From contig OZ024741.1 of assembly GCA_964016885.1 (NCBI GenBank), forward strand, positions 409,944,001 to 410,008,000: a DNA stretch of 64,000 nucleotides, in the 5' to 3' direction. Source of the DNA: Eledone cirrhosa (lineage: Eukaryota). The position numbers and the translations under genes are program-made. Position 1 is the stretch's first letter. Each line of letters opens with the position of its first letter. Shown one piece after another: positions 55,474 to 64,000 of the stretch. The notes beneath the pieces were generated by a model, which saw only the letters and a program-made list of their open reading frames with translations, was not told the DNA's origin and did not search any database.

Positions 55474-56923
55474 ATTTATTAATGCATGGACAGTTATATG
55501 ACCTCCTTTTCAGCCGAGAGACATACCAAATACATATTCAAACATTGATACATATTCAAACATTGTGGGTCAACATTCATTACAGAATTTAGAGTGGCAG
55601 TACACACTTCGAGATTACATTTATATTAATAGGTACAATCAAAAATCAAAGATATAGGTTAAAGTACAACATGAAGATAAGTGGTTATATAGTGCAAATG
55701 TTATATGTGTGGCACGCATGTGCGTCTTGTTTATATAGTGTGGCAGAGAGATATGTGTGGTAGAGGCACTTAGGTAGGTAAATAAGAGTGTTAGGTTGGT
55801 AGATCTGGTGGCAAATTCTTTATATGATTGATATAGTTTGTGTGTGGAGAAATATTATAAGCATTAAAGATAGTGCAAGCATTAAAAGTGTTAAAAGTGT
55901 TATAAGTATTGGAGATGCACAGCGCAGGGATGTCAAGTATTTCATGTACTTCGGCATTTTCATGGTCAGGGGAGTGTATATTTCGATTATATGCCTTTCA
56001 CATAATCCACGACAATCCAGTTAGAGATCGTAGTCTGGTGTTCTTTAGTTCGATACAGGAGGTTGTTACGTTTCGAGAAACGCCATTGAATTCCGGAAGT
56101 GTGTGTGTGGCTAAGGGGAGTTAATGCATGCGGGGAGGTAACTCTGGGGTTTCTATATCTAGCCATTAAAATGTGTCCCAATATAGACCCTAAATTCTAT
56201 GGTGAAGTGCACCTTCCAAGAGAGACTTTTAAAGTATAAAGTGTATTAACTATAGAGTAGTTTAACTAAGTTATGCTGAAGGTGATCATATTATTATGGT
56301 GGATTAACCCATCTTAAGGTGCTACAAATGGAAATTATAGATGATGAGCGAGGATTCTAAATTAATGATCTCTGTGGTTGTAGTCTGCTCATATGACCAG
56401 GCGCGGTGACTGCAGGATTGCTTCAGGACCCAATGATCTCTGGTAAGATCTGGGTCATCGCTTGCTACATTGGATGTCGAAAGATAATCGTCCCCAGGCA
56501 GGCCAAAGGTCAATCCGCAGTCCTCGCGACCCCTCTCTGACCGTCAGATCATCCATATACGTACAACCCGCACGGCAGTTGCATTGCATTCACTCACTGC
56601 GCTCAGCAGCCCGGTCCTACTGGTCAACAGCGCTACTCGATTAAATCATTTTACATCTGTCTAAGGAAGGTGTTTCCTCTGCCCAACACCATCCAACCGA
56701 TCAATTCATGCTCAAATTACCCTTAGAGCGGTGTAGTGCCGTCCAAGTGGGTGGATGTTGTCACACCTGCCGTAGAGGTATAAATGGGTATTTTCCCTGC
56801 GAATGGTTCCGGAGGGATGTCGTTGTTTGTGTTATAAAGGATCAGCTAGTGTTGGGTATGTAGTATAGGGTGTGTCTCTGGTGTTTGATGCTAGATGTGG
56901 TGTTAGGTTCCAGTCCGACATTG

Positions 56924-58900
56924 CTATATATAGGGCTTAAAGTTTTGGAAGGAATGTCTGAGGCGGTGCTGGCAAGTTGCAAACACCTCAGATTTTTTGT
57001 TAAGTAGGTTACGGTTGGAGAAGATAATATTGTGTGTCTCTAGTATACAGAGGTTACAGAATTTATTAGGTGGTTTGTACGAGGTCGCGCTGCCTATCAC
57101 TTCCCATTTGAGTGTGTATGGTTTATTTTTAGATTTTAGATAGTGTATGTAGCTAGAAAGTGAGGTGGAGTTGGCTAGGCTGTGCTTTTTGAATGAGTGG
57201 ATGTGCGAGTTATATCTGATTTTGAAGCAGTTAGAAGTGGAGCCTACATAGGTTTCTGAAGAGTTATTAGTCGTGACTGTGCATGAGTATATGACATCCT
57301 TGGTTAGGCATTTTTTATCTAAAGGGCAGGTTCTATTAGCTCTACAGTTACAATTATCCTGTGCGTTAGTCCGCTGGTTATAATGCAATGCGGAAGTCTG
57401 TGTGGTGGATATAGGATTTTGGGTGTTCGGGTTGACAACCCTGGTGTTATTACTTATACTAGTGTTATTTCTATTGTTACTGCCGTTGCTATGGTTGCTT
57501 GCTACAGTGGTATTTAGAGGGTTTGCATCCCGTTGTGATTTTGTTTGATGGAAGTAAGAACTAATTTTACTATTATTGCTGCTAGCTATGTGGTATGCTA
57601 AGTTAGGCGTCGTAGAGTATGAGATTTTAATGGTGTTTTTGTTTAAGAGGTTGTGGTACTTGTGTCCTAGAGGGAAGTTTTTATCTAGTAGTGAGAAGAA
57701 AGCCCTAGGTATGTTGGTGGAGACATTTAGGTTGAAAGGAGGGTTGAAAAATGTATTATTTCTTCTTCTATTTTTGCTTTTAGTGTTTGGTGTGTTGCTT
57801 CCTCCTAAGGCCCCACAGTAGTTTCCATGGTAATGGTTACTTCCGGTGGCACCCTCCGCTTTGGTGTACTTGTGGTTGCTATTCCTATTATTAGATTTCC
57901 TCATGGACATGTTGTGCGAGATGATGTTGTAGCTATGTGTTTTCTTAGGTAGGAACTCAATTTCTATATTATGGCCGGAGCTAGCTAATGCTTGATTGTA
58001 ATATTGTGAGTTTTTGCCAAATATGTTTGCGTCATAGGACAGACTAGAGATTCTATTGGACACCCCCTTAGAGATAGAGTTTAATATTGATCTAGGGTGA
58101 TTAGACTTGGTATCTACGTAAATAAGTTTCTCATTAGGCTTATGGAAAGGTGTATATATTTTTGAGTCTAGGTATAGTGTGGCGTCTAGGAAGTTAACAT
58201 TTTTAGTGTTTTTGTCCATGGTGATACTAAGGTTAAAGTTTTTGAATGTCTTATGCAGTTGTTTTCTAGTTCTTTCTATATTAAATTTTTTATATTCTAT
58301 GAGTAGAAGTGCATCATCGCGGTACAAACCACCGTTGAGGTAAGGGAGGTCTTTATGGATTTCATTGAGGAGGTATAGGCCGACCAAATCAGTGACCTGC
58401 GCCGAGTCACTAGATCCCATGGTTATGTCGAAGTTGTTGTGCGTATCCTTGCGTGTCCATAGTTGGTCCTCGAAGGTGATTATGGTTTTACGGGCCGCAA
58501 GGATGACATCAACCTGGGCTCTAGTCAGGTCGCTATTGGTCATGGCCATGATAAGTGCCTTATTTAATAGGATAGGGGAAATAGAGGTGTAGTATGAATT
58601 GATATCAAATTGAATAAATTTTTTGTTCTTATTATTCTTGATATCCTTGAACCATTCAATTACTTCACCCGTATTTCCCCATTGTTTAAGGTGTATCTTG
58701 TGTTTAATTTGTGGGATGATTTTATCCAAAATCTTCTTGCTGATAATACCAATGTCGGACTTGGAAGGGCAGATAAGTCTTATCGTGGGGTTGCTGATGA
58801 AGTTCTCCTTATGGTCCTTCAGAGAGAATCTAGGGGGGTTCGGAGTGAAAGGTTGTGTATGCCTCTGTAGTCCTAGCTTAGACACTATATTATAACCCTC
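56924..58900 (-). CDS. Penelope-like reverse transcriptase + GIY-YIG endonuclease, N-terminally truncated
   Basis: KDHK..F...P..RLI.P, FIQFDINSYY, MGSSD, LYRDD, FLDATL, Cys-rich linker CNCR...CPLDKKC, VIY...YVGST...FKIRYNSH. No stop over about 660 codons. The track start at 59023 lies in (TA)n and is an artefact. Confidence 0.9.
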   Translation of the reverse strand, partial: EGYNIVSKLGLQRHTQPFTPNPPRFSLKDHKENFISNPTIRLICPSKSDIGIISKKILDKIIPQIKHKIHLKQWGNTGEVIEWFKDIKNNKNKKFIQFDINSYYTSISPILLNKALIMAMTNSDLTRAQVDVILAARKTIITFEDQLWTRKDTHNNFDITMGSSDSAQVTDLVGLYLLNEIHKDLPYLNGGLYRDDALLLIEYKKFNIERTRKQLHKTFKNFNLSITMDKNTKNVNFLDATLYLDSKIYTPFHKPNEKLIYVDTKSNHPRSILNSISKGVSNRISSLSYDANIFGKNSQYYNQALASSGHNIEIEFLPKKTHSYNIISHNMSMRKSNNRNSNHKYTKAEGATGSNHYHGNYCGALGGSNTPNTKSKNRRRNNTFFNPPFNLNVSTNIPRAFFSLLDKNFPLGHKYHNLLNKNTIKISYSTTPNLAYHIASSNNSKISSYFHQTKSQRDANPLNTTVASNHSNGSNNRNNTSISNNTRVVNPNTQNPISTTQTSALHYNQRTNAQDNCNCRANRTCPLDKKCLTKDVIYSCTVTTNNSSETYVGSTSNCFKIRYNSHIHSFKKHSLANSTSLSSYIHYLKSKNKPYTLKWEVIGSATSYKPPNKFCNLCILETHNIIFSNRNLLNKKSEVFATCQHRLRHSFQNFKPYI

Positions 58901-58905
58901 TACAT

Positions 58906-58936
58906 TAATATATATATTATATTTCATATATATATT

Positions 58937-58992
<56 letters not shown>

Positions 58993-59017
58993 TATATATA
59001 CATCTATATAATATATA
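58906..59017. repeat. (TA)n/(CA)n microsatellite
   Basis: Direct reading. Confidence 0.9.
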
Positions 59018-59052
59018 GGTCAATTTATCAGGTTTAGCATAATAAAACTTAC

Positions 59053-59183
59053 TGAATCAATTTTTTTTCTCATGGCAATAATTTTTTCAAATTGTTTCTC
59101 CAACCAAAAGACAGGATTACCAAATATATAATCTCTTAAACGGCAAAGTTTGATGAGGAATTTGTCAGAACTGGGGAAGAGAA
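59053..59183 (-). CDS. Cytochrome P450 exon (F-G region)
   Basis: CCCTCTTCAG| xLFPSSDKFLIKLCRLRDYIFGNPVFWLEKQFEKIIAMRKKIDS |GTAAG; open frame, phase-0 join to the 53196 exon; LFP...II..RK fits the G helix. Confidence 0.8.
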
Positions 59184-59361
59184 CTGAAGAGGGCAAGAAG
59201 AAAACAAATTAGTATTTAAAAAAAAATGAATTTAAGGAAAACAAAACTAGTTATCACTCTAACATGGCAAATATGTAAATTAGTTGTCACTCTAACATGG
59301 CAGATATGTAAATACATTTGTGAGTTTTATATCAAATAATAATAATATTTGATTCATCTGC

Positions 59362-62300
59362 AACAAACAGCCTCATTACTCTGTGTTTTAGATGACCATC
59401 ACCATCACCATCACCATCCTGTCCTAGTGATGACAAACAGCCGCATTACACTGTGTTTTAGATGACCATCACCATCACCATCACCATCCTGTCCTAGTGA
59501 TGACAAACAGCCTCATTACACTGTGTTTTAGATGACCATCACCATCACCATCATGTCCTAGTGATGACAAACAGCCTCATTACACTGAGTTTTAGATGAC
59601 CATCACCATCACCATCCTGTCCTAGTGATGACAAACAGCCTCATTACACTGTTTTAGATGACCATCACCATCACCATCACCATCGTGTCCTAGTGATGAC
59701 AAACAGCCTCTTTACTCTATGTTTTAGATGACCATGACCATCACCATCCTGTCCTAGTGATGACAAACAGCCTCATTACTCTGTATTTTAGATGACCATC
59801 ACCATCACCATCCTGTCATAGTGGTGAGAAACAGCCTCATTAATCTGTGTTTTAGATGACCATGACCATCACCATCACAACCCTGTCCTAGTGATGACAA
59901 ACAGCCTCATTACACTATGTTTTAGATGACCATCACCATCAGCATACTGTCCTAGTGATGACAAACAGCCTCATTACACTGTTTTAGATGACCATCACCA
60001 TCACCATCCTGTCCTAGTGGTGACAAATAGCCTCATTACTCTATGTTTTACATGACCATCACCATCCTGTCCTAGTGTTGACAAACAGCCTCATTACTCT
60101 ATGTTTTAGATGAGCATCACCATCACCATCCTGTCCTAGTGATGACAAACAGCCTCATTACACTGTTTTAGATGACCATCACCATCACCATCCTGTCCTA
60201 GTGATGACAAACAGCCTCATTACACTATGTTTTGATGACCATCACCATCACCATACTGTCCTAGTGATGACAAACAGCCTCATTACACTGTTTTAGATGA
60301 CCATCACCATCACCATCGTGTCCTAGTGGTGACAAATAGCCTCATTACTCTATGTTTTACATGACCATCACCATCCTATCCTAGTGTTGACAAACAGCCT
60401 CATTACTCTATGTTTTAGATGACCATCACCATCACCATCCTATCCTAGTGGTGAAAAACAGCCTCATTACGCTATGTTTTAGATGACCATCACCATCACC
60501 ATCCTGTCGTAGTGGTGACAAACAGCCTCATTACTCTATGTTTTAGATGACCATCACCATCACCATCATGTCCTAGTGGTGACAAACAGCCTCATTACAC
60601 TGTGTTTTAGATAACCATCACCATCACCATCCTGTCCTAGTGATGACAAACAGCCCGATTACTCTGTTTTAGATGACCATCACCATCACCATCCTGTCCT
60701 AGTGATGAACTTCAGCCTCATTATACTGTTTTAGATGACCATCACCATCCTGTCCTAGTGGTGACAAACAGACTCATTACGCTGTGTTTTAAATGACCAT
60801 CACCATCACCATCACCATCCTGTCCTATTGATGACAAACAGTCTCATTACGCTATGTTTTAGATGACCATCACCATCACCATCCTATCCTAGTGGTGACA
60901 AACAGCCTCATGACGTTATGTTTTAGATGACCATCACCATCACCATCCTGTCCTAATGATGACAAACAGTCTCATTACATTGTGTTTGAGATGACCATCA
61001 CCATCACCATCCTGTCCTAGTGATGACAAACAGCCTCATTACACTATGTTTTAGATCACCATCACCATCACTATCCTGTCCTAGTGGTGACAAACAGCCT
61101 CATTAAACTATGTTTTAGATGACCATCACCATCACCATCCTGTGCTAGTGATGACAAACAGCCTCATTACTCTGTGTTTTAGATAACCATCACCATCACA
61201 TTCCTGTCCTAGTGATGACAAACAGCCTCATTACGCTATGTTTTAGATGACCTTCACCATCACCATAACCATCCTGTCCTAGTGATGACAAACAGCCTCA
61301 TTACACTGTGTTTTAGATGACCATCACCATCACCACACTGTCCTAGTGATGACAAACAGCCTCATTACACTATGTTTTAGATGACCATCACCATCCTGTC
61401 CTAGTGATGACAAACAGCCTCATTACACTGTGTTTTAGATGACCATCACCATAACCATCCTGTCCTAGTGATGACAAACAGCCTCATTACACTTTGTTTT
61501 AGATGACCATCACCACCCTGTCCTAGTGATGACAAACAGCCTCATTACACTTTGTTTTAGATAACCATCACCATCACCATCCTGTTCTAGTGATGACAAA
61601 CAGCCTCATTACACTTTGTTTTAGATGACCATCACCATCACCATCCTGTCCTAGTGGTGACAAACAGCCTCATTACACTATATTTTAGATGACCATCACC
61701 ATCCTGTCCTAGTGATGACAAACAGCCTCATTACTCTGTGTTTTAGATAACCATCACCATCACCATCCTGTCCTAGTGATGACAAACAGCCTCATTACGC
61801 TATGTTTTAGATGACCTTCCCATCACCATAACCATCCTGTCCTAGTGATGACAAACAGCCTCATTACACTGTGTTTTAGATGACCATAACCATCCTGTCC
61901 TAGTGATGACAAACAGCCTCATTACACTGTGTTTTAGATGACCATCACCATAACCACCCTGTCCTAGTGATGACAAACAGCCTCATTACACTATGTTTTA
62001 TATGACCATCACCATCCTGTCCTAGTGATGACAAACAGCCTCATTACACTGTGTTTCAGATGACCATCACCATAACCACCCTGTCCTAGAGATGACAAAC
62101 AGCCTCATTACACTATGTTTTATATGACCATCACCATCCTGTCCTAGTGATGACAAACAGCCTCATTACACTGTGTTTTAGATGACCATCACCATAACCA
62201 CCCTGTCCTAGTGATGACAAACAGCCTCATTACACTATGTTTTATATGACCATCACCATCCTGTCCTAGTGATGACAAACAGCCTCATTACACTGTGTTT

Positions 62301-64000
62301 CAGATGACCATCACCATAACCACCCTGTCCTAGAGATGACAAACAGCCTCATTACACTATGTTTTATATGACCATCACCATCCTGTCCTAGTGATGACAA
62401 ACAGCCTCATTACACTGTGTTTTAGATGACCATCACCATAACCACCCTGTCCTAGTGATGACAAACAGCCTCATTACACTATGTTTTATATGACCATCAC
62501 CATCCTGTCCTAGTGATGACAAACAGCCTCATTACACTGTGTTTTAGATGACCATCACCATAACCACCCTGTCCTAGTGATGACAAACAGCCTCATTACA
62601 CTATGTTTTATATGACCATCACCATCCTGTCCTAGTGATGACAAACAGCCTCATTACACTGTGTTTTAGATGACCATCACCATAACCATCCTGTCCTAGT
62701 GATGACAAACAGCCTCATTACACTATGTTTTAGTTGACCATCACCATCACCCTCACCATCCTGTCCTAGTGATGACAAACAGCCTCATTACACTATGTTT
62801 TAGATGACCATCACCATAACCATCCTGTCCTTGTGATGACAAACAGCCTCATTACACTGTGTTTTAGATGACATCACCATCCTGTCCCAGTGGTGAGAAA
62901 CAGCCTCATTACGCTGTTTTAGATGACCATCACCATCACCATCACCATCCTGTCCTAGTGATGACAAACAGCCTCATTACGCTATGTTTTAGATGACCAT
63001 CACCATCACCATCCTGTCCTAGTGTTGACAAACAGCCTCATCACGCTATGTTTTAGATGACCACCACCATCACCATCCTGTCATAGTGGTGACAAACAGC
63101 CTAATTATGCTATGTTTTAGATGACCATCAACATCACCATCCTGTCCTAGTGATGACAAACAGCCTCATTACACTGTGTTTTAGATGACCATCACCATCA
63201 GTATCCTGTCCTAGTGATGACAAACAGCCTCATCACTCTGTGTTTTAGATGACTATCACCATCACCATCACCATCCTGTCCTAATGGTGAGAAACTGCCT
63301 CATTACTCTGTGTTTTAGATGACCATCACCATCACCATCCTGTCCTACTGATGACAAACAGCCTCATTACTCTATGTTTTAGATGACCATCACCATCCTG
63401 TCCTAGTGATGACCTTCAGCCTCATTATACTGTTTTAGATGACCATGACCATGACCATCACCATCCTGTCATAGTGGTGACAAACAGCCTCATTACGCTG
63501 TGGTTTAGATAACCATCACCATCACCATCCTCTCCTATTGATGACAAACAGTCTCATTACGCTATGTTTTAGATAACCATCACCATCACCATCCTGTCCT
63601 AGTGGTGACAAACAGCCTCATTACACTGTGATTTAGATGACCATCACCATCACCATCTCCATCCTGTCCTATTGATGACAAACAGCCTCATTACTCTATG
63701 TTTTAGATGACCATCACCATCCTGTCCTAGTGATGACAAACAGCCTCATTACGCTATGTTTTAGATGACCATCACCATCCTGTTCTAGTGATAACAAACA
63801 GCCTCATTACGCTATGTGTTAGATGACCATCACCATCACCATCTCCATCCTGTCCTATTGATGACAAACAGCCTCATAACACTATGTTTTAGATCACCAT
63901 CACCATCCTGTCCTAGTGATGACAATCAGTCTCATTACACTATGTTTTAGATGACCTTCACCATCACCATCCTGTCCTAGTGATGACAAACAGCCTCATA
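59362..64000. repeat. 58/64/70-bp satellite (GACAAACAGCCTCATTACACTGTGTTTTAGATGA(CCATCA)nCCATCCTGTCCTAGTGAT), open at the right edge
   Basis: Unit length varies mostly in 6-bp steps with internal CCATCA copy number. Confidence 0.96.

Larger units (their letters stand above)
55223..58905 (-). mobile_element. Penelope-like retroelement (probably Neptune clade), 5'-truncated, lying between (TA)n tracts
   Basis: RT + GIY-YIG ORF, about 1.7 kb of downstream sequence with a hammerhead motif, and (TA)n on both sides. The left boundary is inferred from the microsatellite. Confidence 0.82.
34227..59183 (-). other. Span of a cytochrome P450 gene (clan 3, CYP3A/CYP5-like); six exons seen, 5' part outside the window
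   Basis: Six GT-AG exons join in frame and give the P450 motifs in order: F/G region, DLL, AGYETT, ETLR, PERF, FGAGPRKCIG. Confidence 0.92.

Noticed and set aside
58901-59023. N-terminus of the 699-aa ORF
   Set aside because: Lies in the (TA)n/(CA)n tract and is not part of the Penelope protein.
59362-64000. Tandem micro-exons (TTTTAG|ATG followed by poly-His/Thr-Ile codons)
   Set aside because: No matching donors, frequent stops, and antisense to the host P450; a plain satellite is the simpler reading.

Overview
AT-rich animal genomic DNA; the SINE types, microsatellites and satellite load suggest a cephalopod such as Octopus (inference). Two spliced genes converge. On + are the last two coding exons of a C2orf42 homolog (27678-28559). 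On - are six exons of a clan-3 cytochrome P450 (59183 to 34227), with its 5' exons beyond the right edge. About two-thirds of the window is intronic tandem repeat: a 37-bp satellite (>27 kb, nested higher-order repeats), a 61-bp array amplified from the coding end of a CR1 LINE, two related 48-bp arrays grown from one dispersed repeat, a 20-bp array and a 58/64/70-bp array. Mobile elements: a 5'-truncated but uninterrupted Penelope-like element (RT + GIY-YIG) with a hammerhead-ribozyme motif in sense to the P450 pre-mRNA, a decayed hAT (Charlie/Buster-type) transposon, a CRE-type non-LTR 3' fragment, a non-autonomous Helitron and several SINEs. Most ORFs in the supplied track are repeat artefacts. 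All calls were made by eye, with no database searches.
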